Assembly: GCA_036821145.1 (NCBI GenBank)
Contig: DAISJZ010000005.1
Location: 1,029-65,028, forward strand
DNA length: 64,000 nt
Source of the DNA: Spirochaetota bacterium
Lineage (GTDB): Bacteria; Spirochaetota; UBA4802; UBA5550
Direction of reading: 5' to 3'
Shown here: in pieces, positions 1 through 9,172 of the stretch
How positions within the stretch are numbered: position 1 is the first letter of the stretch
Layout of the letters: the number at the start of each line of letters is the position of its first letter
The notes under the pieces: generated by a model
What the model was told of the DNA's origin: nothing
What the model saw: the letters and a program-made list of their open reading frames with translations, nothing else
Database searches by the model: none
Program-made: the position numbers and the translations under genes

Positions 1-855
1 AAGTTTTGCCGAATCTTTCGGGTATGAGGCTGCTTCACCCTTGGATTCAGGGGTGTTAACCCAAACAGGGTCATACAATTCATCATTGTAGGCAGCTGTA
101 TTTTCATAACCCAGAGTTATTACAGGGAAGTAGATGCTCTTTGTGTCCATTACAAAACCCAGTACAGGATTCACAGCAACAGTCGCTTTTGTTGACTCAG
201 GCTTGCCATCATCAATATTCATGCTGAATGCCATGAATTTGTAGAGCTCAATTGCAATGAATTTCTTTTTATAACTTTCAACAGGATCCATGTAGTCCAT
301 TGTTCCGTCGTCTTTTGGAACATATTCATTGTTGATAATTAAGCCGCCGTGGAATGTAAAATACGGCCTGAATAAAACTGATACGGCATATATATCGTCA
401 AAGAACTGTGAATGTTTGTAATCAGATACCGATTCTGTCCCGGCACTGCCGCGATCAATCTCTACATCCTTTGTGAGCCCGTAGTGAAAACCTGTAGTGT
501 TCAATGCTATTATAAAATCACTGTCATCGGTTTTGTTTCTGAATCCCCCTACAGGCAGGGCAAGTGTCATGCTGCCGTAAGTCCTTGTGAGGCGGAGTTC
601 AGTTGATTCATATTCCCCAGTTCCGGCGTTATACGTGTTTACATCAAAATTAAAAACCCAGTTTATTTTTCCGTATATATCGAAATAGAAATTTTTCTCT
701 TTAAGTATATCCCATCTTTTCATATAGAGATCCTGAACTGTCTCGGCCCTTGAGACCGAGTTATACAGCGTGGATGCCTCGTAGACTGCGGAATGTGCCT
801 GCATTAAAGGTAAAAGCAGGAGAACGGCAGTGAATATTCCTGTTAATTTATTCAT
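1..855 (-). CDS. secreted or envelope protein of unknown function (start inside window, 3' end runs off the window)
   Basis: Absent from the ORF track because it is open at the window edge. The minus-strand frame has no stop from the ATG at 855-853 down to base 1 (285 codons, checked triplet by triplet). The N-terminus MNKLTGIFTAVLLLLPLMQAHSAVYEA looks like a Sec signal peptide. The remainder is rich in Y/F/G/N/D, as in beta-rich envelope proteins. Confidence 0.6.
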   Translation of the reverse strand, partial: MNKLTGIFTAVLLLLPLMQAHSAVYEASTLYNSVSRAETVQDLYMKRWDILKEKNFYFDIYGKINWVFNFDVNTYNAGTGEYESTELRLTRTYGSMTLALPVGGFRNKTDDSDFIIALNTTGFHYGLTKDVEIDRGSAGTESVSDYKHSQFFDDIYAVSVLFRPYFTFHGGLIINNEYVPKDDGTMDYMDPVESYKKKFIAIELYKFMAFSMNIDDGKPESTKATVAVNPVLGFVMDTKSIYFPVITLGYENTAAYNDELYDPVWVNTPESKGEAASYPKDSAKL

Positions 856-1095
856 AAAGTAGTACTCTTCTTTTTTGATATCATATGAATAATATAAAAT
901 GCAATGGGTGTAATCAAAAATTTATAATGCTTTAATTTTTTTATCAAAATTAAAGTTATTTAGTGCAATCAGTTATTATATACGTGTTATTATAATGCAA
1001 AGCATAACTCTTCAGATATGATTAATATCTTTACACGGATTTAAGAGTCTGTGAAAAGTGATTTTATAAAAAAGCAGTAAGAGTGAATCCGGAAT

Positions 1096-2940
1096 TTGGA
1101 AAAAAATAAAGAGAGATATAAACAGAATAACTGGCTCCCTGTTACAAAAAAGGAGGCAGAGAGGAGAGGGTGGACTGAACTGGATGTTATTCTTTTCAGC
1201 GGGGATGCTTATGTCGACCATCCCTCTTTCGGCAGCGCTGTTATCAGCAGAATAATTGAAAGCTGCGGGTTAAGAATCGGCATTGTGCCTCAACCTGACT
1301 GGCGGGGAGATTTCAGGGATTTTAAGAAATTCGGTGTGCCGCGCCTGTTCTTTGCAGTGACTTCCGGATGCATGGATTCTATGATTAATCATTACACTGC
1401 CGGTAAACGTCTCCGTTCTGATGACGCGTTTTCACCGGAAGGGAGAGCCGGTCTCCGCCCTGATTATGCAGCCTGCGTTTACACAAAAATTCTGAAAGAG
1501 CTGTATCCTGATGTGCCTGTTATAGCAGGGGGAGTTGAGGCTTCTTTAAGGAGGCTTACACATTATGATTACTGGAGTGATGCATTAAAACCTCCGTTTC
1601 TTATTGAGAGCGGAGCTGACCTTGTTGTCTACGGAATGGGGGAGAAACCCATAGTTGAAATTATAAAGCTTCTTTTAAAAGGGATTCCATTCTCCGCACT
1701 GAAGACAGTTGAGAATACTGCATTAATTGAAGATTCAGCTGAAGGAGTGAAAAAGCGGAAGGGGTGGAGAGATGTATATCTGTATTCTCACGAGGAGTGT
1801 ATTGCTGATAAAAAAAAGTTTGCTGAAAACTTCGTCATTACCGAGAGAGCTTCGGTATCAGAAGAGCCTGTAAGGTTAATTCAAAAGACCGGGGATCGTT
1901 ATGTTATTGTTAATCCTATATTCAGTAGTCTTAAAGAATCTGATATTGACAGAGGATTTGATCTTCCGTATACACGGCTCCCTCACCCGAAGTATAAAGA
2001 TAAGGTGATCCCGGCATATGAAATGATAAGGCATTCGGTTACTGCACACAGGGGATGTTTTGGAGGATGCAGTTTCTGCGCAATCACCGCACATCAGGGG
2101 AAGAAGATTGTAAGCAGGAGTGAAGATTCTATTCTGCGGGAAGTAAAAGCTGTAACAGAGATGCCTGACTTCAAAGGATACGTTTCTGACATAGGGGGCC
2201 CCTCGGCAAATATGTATAAAATGCACGGAGAGGACGGGGCTCTTTGCGCAAAGTGTCTGCGCAGTTCCTGCTTATATCCTTCGTTATGCGGAAACCTTGT
2301 TTTTGATCATGCTCCCCTGCTTGAGCTTTATAAGAAAAGTGAAAGAGTTCCCGGTGTAAAAAAAATCTTTATTTCAAGCGGTATAAGATATGATCTTCTT
2401 CTCTGCGGAGATGAAGCTAAACGTAAAAAGTACTTATGCGAAAAGTACGCTGAGAAGCTGATAACTGATCATATTTCAGGGAGGCTTAAGGTTGCCCCGG
2501 AGCATTCATCAGCAAAAGTGCTTAAGCTTATGCGGAAACCTTCGTATGATCTATTCCTGAAATTTAAAAAGATCTTCGAAAAAATTTCGGAGAGGGCAGG
2601 GCTCAGGCAGCAGATTATACCATACTTTATTTCATCTCATCCGGGATCGCAACTTGAGGATATGGCTGAACTTGCGGCAGAAACAGCCGGGGAGGGATTC
2701 AGGCTTGAGCAGGTTCAGGATTTCACACCAACACCAATGACGCTTTCAGGTGTGATCTATTATTGCGGGTTTGATCCTTATACCGGGGAAAAGGTTTATT
2801 CTGCCAGGTCAAAGAAAGAACGGGATGATCAAAGAGGTTTTTTCTTCTGGTACAAGGGTGAATACAGGGAGAGGATAAAATTATTGCTCAGAAAAATTGG
2901 CCGTGAGGACCTGATTAAAAAACTGTTTGGTAAAACTTAA
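1096..2940 (+). CDS. ygiQ: YgiQ-family radical SAM protein (UPF0313)
   Basis: The 614-aa ORF has family-typical blocks GDAYVDHPSFG, QPDWR, MDSMINHYTA, EASLRRLTHYDYWSD, RGCFGGCSFCAI, KVAPEH and YFISSHPG. Confidence 0.9.
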   Translation: MEKNKERYKQNNWLPVTKKEAERRGWTELDVILFSGDAYVDHPSFGSAVISRIIESCGLRIGIVPQPDWRGDFRDFKKFGVPRLFFAVTSGCMDSMINHYTAGKRLRSDDAFSPEGRAGLRPDYAACVYTKILKELYPDVPVIAGGVEASLRRLTHYDYWSDALKPPFLIESGADLVVYGMGEKPIVEIIKLLLKGIPFSALKTVENTALIEDSAEGVKKRKGWRDVYLYSHEECIADKKKFAENFVITERASVSEEPVRLIQKTGDRYVIVNPIFSSLKESDIDRGFDLPYTRLPHPKYKDKVIPAYEMIRHSVTAHRGCFGGCSFCAITAHQGKKIVSRSEDSILREVKAVTEMPDFKGYVSDIGGPSANMYKMHGEDGALCAKCLRSSCLYPSLCGNLVFDHAPLLELYKKSERVPGVKKIFISSGIRYDLLLCGDEAKRKKYLCEKYAEKLITDHISGRLKVAPEHSSAKVLKLMRKPSYDLFLKFKKIFEKISERAGLRQQIIPYFISSHPGSQLEDMAELAAETAGEGFRLEQVQDFTPTPMTLSGVIYYCGFDPYTGEKVYSARSKKERDDQRGFFFWYKGEYRERIKLLLRKIGREDLIKKLFGKT

Positions 2941-2941
2941 A

Positions 2942-3991
2942 TTATCTGAATCTTAAATTCAAAATTTCATCCCAGAACCATTCCTTTTCAGCAGGATTTT
3001 CTCTGAAGGAGTAGACCCTCCACTCATCGGAACTGAAAACAGTTCCACTGTCAGAGTCTTTGTTCAGCAAAGAATAATCAAGGACCGAAATATCCGTTGT
3101 TTCTGTAACTACGGGTAAATCTGTAATAATTTTCATTCCGGTGAAACTTATACCTTCAATAGATGGAAAGAGCTTCGGGTTGCTCCGGAGTTTTTTTACT
3201 CTTTTGAAAAGATCATTTTTTTCTATCCCGCATAACAGGAGATACCTGCTGTTTATGCCCTGCGCCGTTGAATCATTAAGCTTAATAAGAATAATAAATA
3301 ATCCGCAGGGGCCCACTTCAGGCATTAGAACCGGGACCTCTTTTAATTGTGTAATATCGAGATTGTCATTATACTCAATTGAAAGAGCCTTTATATCAAT
3401 GAGTTTACTGCAGTTTTTAACTGTTTTGTAGAAGGTGAAATCTGTATGATAATTGGGGATGAAATAATTCATTTTATGTTTGAAAATTAAAAAAACAAGA
3501 ATACCTTCTCCTGTTTCTGCGAGAAGCCTTACATGTTCCGATGCCCTTTCACTGACCGCATCAGGAAATGATGCGATATTATTATGAAAGAGGGTACATG
3601 ATTTGAGCTCCAGAAATTTCTCTTTACCATCCGCTTCCAGAAGAAAATCAAACCTGTGATTGCCGATTGCCGGTTCTCTCCTGATCAGTTTAAAACCTTC
3701 AAGCCCGGGAACTTTTTTTTCAATCAGCAGTTTCTGAAAGAGCCGGTTGCTGTAGGTAGAGTCAATCATCACAGGGTAGTTGTCATTAATGATGTAAAGT
3801 ATTTTGTAGCGGTACTTTCCGTTGATTGGAGATAACAATACATCTGCTCCGGGGAGAGCGAGTTCAGAGAGCCTCCCTGTATTGGGAACATAAACGGTTT
3901 CCGGTTTACCGTTTAAAATTACATCAGCAACAAAGCGGTTGTTTCTTTTAATAAGTGAGGCTCTAAGGAGATTGTCCGGAGTTTTTTTCAT
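2942..3991 (-). CDS. sfsA: SfsA-family protein (sugar fermentation stimulation/nuclease-like) with an extra ~115-aa C-terminal region
   Basis: The N-terminal ~230 aa match SfsA (LIKRNNRFVADV, VYVPNTGRL, ELKSCTL, FPDAVSERASEHVRLL). At 349 aa the ORF is longer than the usual ~235 aa. Confidence 0.8.
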   Translation of the reverse strand: MKKTPDNLLRASLIKRNNRFVADVILNGKPETVYVPNTGRLSELALPGADVLLSPINGKYRYKILYIINDNYPVMIDSTYSNRLFQKLLIEKKVPGLEGFKLIRREPAIGNHRFDFLLEADGKEKFLELKSCTLFHNNIASFPDAVSERASEHVRLLAETGEGILVFLIFKHKMNYFIPNYHTDFTFYKTVKNCSKLIDIKALSIEYNDNLDITQLKEVPVLMPEVGPCGLFIILIKLNDSTAQGINSRYLLLCGIEKNDLFKRVKKLRSNPKLFPSIEGISFTGMKIITDLPVVTETTDISVLDYSLLNKDSDSGTVFSSDEWRVYSFRENPAEKEWFWDEILNLRFR

Positions 3992-4023
3992 TCAGAAAGT
4001 ATATAGAAAAAGGCGTATATTAA

Positions 4024-4045
4024 GAACCCCGCGTAAGCGGGGTTC
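4024..4045 (-). terminator. stem-loop downstream of the crotonase-family gene
   Basis: GAACCCCGC-GTAA-GCGGGGTTC is a perfect 9-bp GC-rich stem. It lies 8 nt past the stop of the 4054..4836 gene, and the minus-strand downstream flank is T/A-rich. Confidence 0.6.
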
Positions 4046-4053
4046 GTGTCTGT

Positions 4054-4836
4054 TTATTTATCGTGATATACAGGTTTTCTTTTTTCGATGAAAGCGTTAA
4101 CTGCTTCCTCTTTATCTTCTGTACCAAAGCAGTATATCGACTGCGCCTGCTCGAACATCAGGGCCGCGTATGTGTTACCCTCTGCAGCAACGTTGACACC
4201 CCACTTGCCGAATCTTAACGCTGACGGAGGAAGGTTAACCATTCTCTTCGCGAGTTTCATTACTGTATCATCGAGTTCTTCAGGTTTAACAAGGTACTCA
4301 ACCAGTCCTATACGGTATGATTCAGCAGCATCTATCATTTCGCAGCAGAGGATCAGTTTTTTCGCCTGCCCTATGCCCACAAGCTTTGTAAGCCTTGTAG
4401 TACCTGTCTGGTCCGCTGTCAGTCCGAATCTTACTTCAGGAAGAGCGAGTGTAGCTCCTTCTGCTGCAACCCTGATATCACAGCTGAGCGCCAGTTCAAG
4501 TCCGCCGCCGAGACAGAATCCTTTTATCGCACATATTACAGGTATAGGGAGTTCCTGGAATCTGCTGAATGTTCTCTGGAGAAAGTTCAGGTTATCTTTT
4601 ACAAATCTTGTATCAACAGTTTTAAGAAAAGCCGTGTCAACTCCTGCTGAAAAATGCGCACCGGTGGAATTAACTATTACAACTCTTAACTGGTTGTCCT
4701 GTGAAATCTGTTCCTGTATGTCGGCAAGCGTAAGAACAGTTTCTTTGTTCAGAAGATTGAGTCCGCTGGGGTCACAGAAAGTAACGGTCGCAATGTGACC
4801 ATCTTTTGTAAGTTTTATGTTTGGTTCACCGCTCAT
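4054..4836 (-). CDS. enoyl-CoA hydratase/isomerase (crotonase) family protein
   Basis: The 260-aa ORF has crotonase-fold blocks: FSAGVD, AIKGFCLGGGLELALSCDIRVAAEGA, LPEVRFGL, and EDKEEAVNAFIEKRKP at the C-terminus. Confidence 0.88.
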   Translation of the reverse strand: MSGEPNIKLTKDGHIATVTFCDPSGLNLLNKETVLTLADIQEQISQDNQLRVVIVNSTGAHFSAGVDTAFLKTVDTRFVKDNLNFLQRTFSRFQELPIPVICAIKGFCLGGGLELALSCDIRVAAEGATLALPEVRFGLTADQTGTTRLTKLVGIGQAKKLILCCEMIDAAESYRIGLVEYLVKPEELDDTVMKLAKRMVNLPPSALRFGKWGVNVAAEGNTYAALMFEQAQSIYCFGTEDKEEAVNAFIEKRKPVYHDK

Positions 4837-4942
4837 GAGTTTACCTCATCCTAAAATATATTTTTCAGAAATGCCCCGGTAAATAGTTTTATATATAGGT
4901 CAGGTTTATAGCTTTCAGAATTTTATTCAAGGAATAAAAATA

Positions 4943-5263
4943 TTAAAAATTAATTTTTATTTTAAATTCACGGCTGTTTTCCGTGTTTTCTATTACAACA
5001 TTTTTAAAGAAGTGCTGTTCAAGGTGGTATTCAAATTCAGCAAGCCATTTGCGGAGCTGCTTAGGTTCAAAGAGATCGCGGTCAACTGAGAGTTCCATAC
5101 TGAAATCGGAGACCGTGGCAAGAAGTTCAATATCCCTCCCTTCAGGAGATTTTATATTGGCTTTAAATTTTTTAAGATCAAGAGCTTCAACTTTGATATG
5201 AGATTCAGATTCCATTGCAAGCGCTGCAATATCGAGTACTTTCATATAATCTATGGATGTCAT
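4943..5263 (-). CDS. hypothetical protein
   Basis: ORF 4943..5329 in the track. I prefer the internal start MTSIDYMKV at 5263. That start removes the overlap with the upstream gene (ends 5268) and is preceded by AGAGGT. No family recognised. Confidence 0.5.
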   Translation of the reverse strand: MTSIDYMKVLDIAALAMESESHIKVEALDLKKFKANIKSPEGRDIELLATVSDFSMELSVDRDLFEPKQLRKWLAEFEYHLEQHFFKNVVIENTENSREFKIKINF

Positions 5264-5267
5264 AGGG

Positions 5268-5786
5268 TTACCTCTTACCTGATTTTTTCCCGGAAAATAT
5301 TTTCTGCCAGTAGGAGATCTCATCATCACTGACGGCAGGGTTCACCTTTTCAAGCTCCTCAATTTTCTCCTCCTCGGCGAGTTGTGAGGCTTTGAAAACT
5401 GACTGAACATTTTCGGCAAATTTTTCACTGCTTATATTTTTTGCCCCGAACCTGTTTATGTAAAATATAATATCCTTATCCGATGTTACAACTGTTATCA
5501 TTTTCGGATTCATATCTTTTTTTATGAACTGTTTAATCAGGTAGTCCGCAGAGTAATCGAGTGAGTAGTAAACATCTATTGAACCGATTTTTTCACTCCG
5601 TACCTCAATGGAGGGTTCTTTTTTCCCGTCAAATACTACGGTTATACCACCTTTTCTGATTTTCTGGTAATCACGGAGAATTTCAAGGAGTCCTTCTCTC
5701 GCTTTGTTGAGCTGCCCGTAGCACATTAAGCTTTCAAGTTCAGGAAATTTATATATGAGATTGAATCCGTCTATCAGTAAAGCCAT
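5268..5786 (-). CDS. NYN/PIN-like YacP (Rae1)-family predicted RNA-binding nuclease
   Basis: The N-terminus MALLIDGFNLIYKFPEL, then VVFDGK and VVTSDKDI, follows the YacP/DUF901 NYN-domain pattern. Confidence 0.7.
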   Translation of the reverse strand: MALLIDGFNLIYKFPELESLMCYGQLNKAREGLLEILRDYQKIRKGGITVVFDGKKEPSIEVRSEKIGSIDVYYSLDYSADYLIKQFIKKDMNPKMITVVTSDKDIIFYINRFGAKNISSEKFAENVQSVFKASQLAEEEKIEELEKVNPAVSDDEISYWQKIFSGKKSGKR

Positions 5787-5796
5787 GATGTCCTGT

Positions 5797-6231
5797 TTAT
5801 GAATTTTTTTTATGGAGATTTAAAGTATTTTGAGATTGAACAAATCCCCTTTTGATGAAGAAGTTTAAAGTTTCCATGTTTTCCGCGGGGAGAGCAATAA
5901 AAAAATTTTTCGAACCGGCTTTTTTCGAATGCAGAGAAAATTTTTCAAGAAGGAGAGAGCCTATTCCGCATCTGCGGAATTTTTCTTTCACAAAAATTTT
6001 TTCAACAAAAGCATTATCTCCCTGTACATTGCCGAGGATAAATCCCAGGAGATGCTTTTTTCTCACCGCGCTGTATAAAACCGCGCTGTCTGACATAAAA
6101 AGATCAGCAAGCCTGTCTGCAGTTAAATCACCGGAACTGAATTCTGCTGCTCCTGAAACTGTGAGATATATATTCCGTAGATCCGATTCCACTGTTCTGC
6201 GGATAATAATTCCTTTTTCTGCTAAACTCAT
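5797..6231 (-). CDS. GNAT-family N-acetyltransferase
   Basis: 144 aa with the acetyl-CoA binding block FVKEKFRRCGIGSLLL. The 4-nt overlap with the upstream tatD-like gene suggests one operon. Confidence 0.8.
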   Translation of the reverse strand: MSLAEKGIIIRRTVESDLRNIYLTVSGAAEFSSGDLTADRLADLFMSDSAVLYSAVRKKHLLGFILGNVQGDNAFVEKIFVKEKFRRCGIGSLLLEKFSLHSKKAGSKNFFIALPAENMETLNFFIKRGFVQSQNTLNLHKKNS

Positions 6232-7013
6232 TCCCTGATTAGTTTCCTGAAATTTTCTGTTACAGCATCTTCAAGTTTTGAAACAGGGATATTTTTCAGA
6301 TCGGCAACAAACCGGTATGTATGCTTTATATATTCCGGTGTGTTCGGTTTTCCACGCAGAGGCACAGGTGTCAGGAATGGTGAGTCTGTCTCAAGGAGTA
6401 TCCTGTCCAGGGGTACGTATGCTGCAGCGTCGTGAAGTTCTGCAGCGTTTTTATAGGTAACATTTCCTGCAAAAGAGATTATAAAGCCCAGGTCCAGTAC
6501 ACGCTTAGCAGCTTTTGAATCTCCTGCAAAACAGTGCATTATTCCCCCGCGTGTTTTTTTTGCTGAGAGTATTTCAATACCAGCGTCCATTGCATCACGT
6601 ATATGTACAATGAGAGGGAGTCCGTGCTTTTTTGCAATATCAATCTGGTATTCAAAAGATCTGCGTTGTATATCTTCAGGCTGACGCATCCGGTAAAAAT
6701 CAAGGCCGCACTCGCCAATACCAAGTAAAAGTTTATTCCTGTCAGAACTCATCTCTTTTTCAGTGAAAGCTCCAAGCATTTCAAGTGCAGCATCATCAGC
6801 TTTTGAAGAGGGGTGTATCCCGAGAGTATAGTAGATCCCCGCAGCCTGGTGTCTTTCTGCAAAATCTCTGGACCAGGTAAACCCCTTTGTTTCAATGGAA
6901 ACCTGTACACTGTACTCTATATTATCATTCTTGAGAGATTTAATAAGATCATCCTCAGAAATTTTTTTATCTTCCAGTATCATGTCAAAGTGTGCGTGTG
7001 AATCTAATAGCAT
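6228..7013 (-). CDS. tatD: TatD-family metal-dependent hydrolase (DNase)
   Basis: Motifs present: LLDSHAHFD, GECGLDFYR, PLIVHIRDA, IMHCFAG and LLETDSPFLTP. Confidence 0.92.
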   Translation of the reverse strand: MLLDSHAHFDMILEDKKISEDDLIKSLKNDNIEYSVQVSIETKGFTWSRDFAERHQAAGIYYTLGIHPSSKADDAALEMLGAFTEKEMSSDRNKLLLGIGECGLDFYRMRQPEDIQRRSFEYQIDIAKKHGLPLIVHIRDAMDAGIEILSAKKTRGGIMHCFAGDSKAAKRVLDLGFIISFAGNVTYKNAAELHDAAAYVPLDRILLETDSPFLTPVPLRGKPNTPEYIKHTYRFVADLKNIPVSKLEDAVTENFRKLIRE

Positions 7014-7249
7014 CAGTTTACCTTTTATTATAAATAGATTTTTACAGGTTTACTTTAGACTTTCTGTTAAAAAGGGTGTTATTTTCAAGAATAAAAAACC
7101 TGCCGGCTCTTATTAAGACCCGGGAAATGCGTGATTAATTGTAAAAAATATGGTTCCAGGTATGAATTTTTTCACCTTTAATTCATTAAAAACACACGTT
7201 ATCTGAAAGGATGTGGATAGTAATTGTTTAAAGTAAAAAATTTAAAAGG

Positions 7250-7774
7250 ATGGATCCTGTAATGCAGTCTATATTCTCATTTTCGGGTAAGAGATTTTTT
7301 TATAAAAGAAAGCATAAATTAATACATGATAAAACAACAGTGAGACAACCTGATATAATAGAAGGGGAAGATCAGGAGCCTGTTTACAGAGATGAGTATG
7401 TCACAATAATATTTTACAGAAAGAGCGGGATTCTCTGCCAGGAGTGGAGAGGATTTTGTCCCGGTACAGAGTTCAGGGCGGCAATAGATTTTATTTTTAA
7501 TTTTATGACAGAAAAAAATATTTATAAAACAATATGTGATGTCAGGTATCAGAGGGTTGTTCCCCCTTCATGCCAGAAATATGTTGAAGAAAAAGTTCTC
7601 GGGTATATAAAGAGTTACGGCTCATTTTTTACAGCCTTTGTTGCGCTTGAAAAGTCAGTCGGAGGAGTCTGCGCCGGATTATATGACATGCATTTAACGC
7701 AGAAACTCGGTTACAGGATAAACGGTTTTTTTGACAATGTTCAGGATGCTGAAACCTGGCTCAATGAAAAGTAA
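7250..7774 (+). CDS. hypothetical protein
   Basis: 174-aa ORF with an AAAAGG Shine-Dalgarno-like sequence immediately 5' of the ATG. No family recognised by eye. Confidence 0.5.
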   Translation: MDPVMQSIFSFSGKRFFYKRKHKLIHDKTTVRQPDIIEGEDQEPVYRDEYVTIIFYRKSGILCQEWRGFCPGTEFRAAIDFIFNFMTEKNIYKTICDVRYQRVVPPSCQKYVEEKVLGYIKSYGSFFTAFVALEKSVGGVCAGLYDMHLTQKLGYRINGFFDNVQDAETWLNEK

Positions 7775-7788
7775 CCGGCTGTGTTTTA

Positions 7789-9078
7789 TTAATTAGTATC
7801 AGGGTAATAACCAAGAGTTAAAGAAGTACCATTCCCTTTTATAACATAGCTGTTTTTAAGCAGGATTTCTTTTGTGCCGGATTTAATTGAAACCGGCGGA
7901 GTTATCTTTTTTGAACTCCATCCGAGCCAGCCGTATTCCGGCAGGAACCTGACAAATCTGTATTTATCTGCGGGATTCATCTCTCTCCTGTAGTTTTTCC
8001 TTGCTTTGCTGTACTGTTCAGAAGCAAAATCATATCCTTTGTATCCGCCGTACACGAAAACAGCAGCGCCAGCTCCTATTACTTCACTTGAATTCGCGTA
8101 AGCGCCCAGGGCTACAAGTCCTAAACCGGCCCCTCCAATTAATGTAAATATAAGTAAACCTCCTCCCACTGCCAGCGCGATATGCGAAACAAGTTTTCCG
8201 GAACTGACGCCGAATTTCTGTGTATACTTGAAGTCATCAATTACATCAGAAAGTTCACTGTTGCGGACTTCATGTCTTTTATACCAGTATGATGAATCAG
8301 GAGTGATGAAAAGATTTAAGGTTTCGTATTCACCGCCTGAGAGAGTTATACCGCTTCGTGTTCCCTTGCCCCTGAAAGAGACTCCACGCAATCCGCGTAC
8401 AAGTCCCTTTGCGTCAGGATCCCAGTACGGTTCATACCCTGTACCTCCAAGGAGCAGCACCATATTCGATGGAGCTTGCTCCATATTAACAAGCTGCCTC
8501 AGCCATCTGATTTTCGGGTCAAGCTGAAGAGCACGTCTGAAGTCAGTCCGCGCGTCATCCCACTCCCCGCATATATTCCACATCAGCCCGCAGATTATGC
8601 GCATGAAAGGATCGTCAAATCTTCCCTCGTCACTGAATTCATTACTAAGAAGAACAGCAGCCCTGTTAACTTCGACCCGCGCGGATTCCATATCTTTTTT
8701 AAGTGAATAGCCCCAGCAGAGAAGAAAGTGCATCCATATTATTTCATGTTCGGATGCGTAATAACCGTCAGGTGTTTCTATAAAGAAGAAGGATTTAACA
8801 CCTCTTGAAATTTTATATCTCACCTGGTTTTCAATTGTGCGTGAATATGCAGCAAGAGCATCAATCTCAGGTTTACCTGCAAGAAGATTAAGGTATGTGT
8901 GTTCCATGATTGTGATAAAGGTTTTACCCTCCCCGCGCGGCAGTGATTTCAGTGCTGAGTCTATGTTATTCGATGCGAGATGGGAGGTGGAGTTCATATA
9001 GTCGATTTTCATATTGAGTCCTGAACAGCCTGTCAGTACTATTGCAGGGATTAGTATCAGTGAAATCAATCTTTTCAT
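7789..9078 (-). CDS. lipoprotein with TPR-like region and glycine-rich C-terminal membrane segments
   Basis: The signal peptide has a lipobox (LILIPAIVLTGCSG). The middle has a helical repeat-like region. Towards the C-terminus are G/A-rich hydrophobic stretches (LAVGGGLLIFTLIGGAGLGLVALGAY, IGAGAAVFVYGGY). Confidence 0.65.
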   Translation of the reverse strand: MKRLISLILIPAIVLTGCSGLNMKIDYMNSTSHLASNNIDSALKSLPRGEGKTFITIMEHTYLNLLAGKPEIDALAAYSRTIENQVRYKISRGVKSFFFIETPDGYYASEHEIIWMHFLLCWGYSLKKDMESARVEVNRAAVLLSNEFSDEGRFDDPFMRIICGLMWNICGEWDDARTDFRRALQLDPKIRWLRQLVNMEQAPSNMVLLLGGTGYEPYWDPDAKGLVRGLRGVSFRGKGTRSGITLSGGEYETLNLFITPDSSYWYKRHEVRNSELSDVIDDFKYTQKFGVSSGKLVSHIALAVGGGLLIFTLIGGAGLGLVALGAYANSSEVIGAGAAVFVYGGYKGYDFASEQYSKARKNYRREMNPADKYRFVRFLPEYGWLGWSSKKITPPVSIKSGTKEILLKNSYVIKGNGTSLTLGYYPDTN

Positions 9079-9172
9079 CTGCTCTCCGGGATTTATTTAC
9101 AATTTCTTAGCATATAGCTGATATTTTTTTTACATAAAGGAGGTTTATTCATCCGCAAATATAGGGGATAGC

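Noticed and set aside
412-606. 64-aa plus-strand ORF near the left edge
   Set aside because: It lies antisense within the edge-truncated minus-strand CDS (1..855), which has a convincing signal peptide and an uninterrupted 285-codon frame.
4088-4798. 236-aa plus-strand ORF covering the crotonase-family gene
   Set aside because: It is antisense to a well-supported crotonase-family CDS. Its translation is low-complexity and Ser/Ala/Leu-rich with no motifs, which is typical of a shadow ORF.
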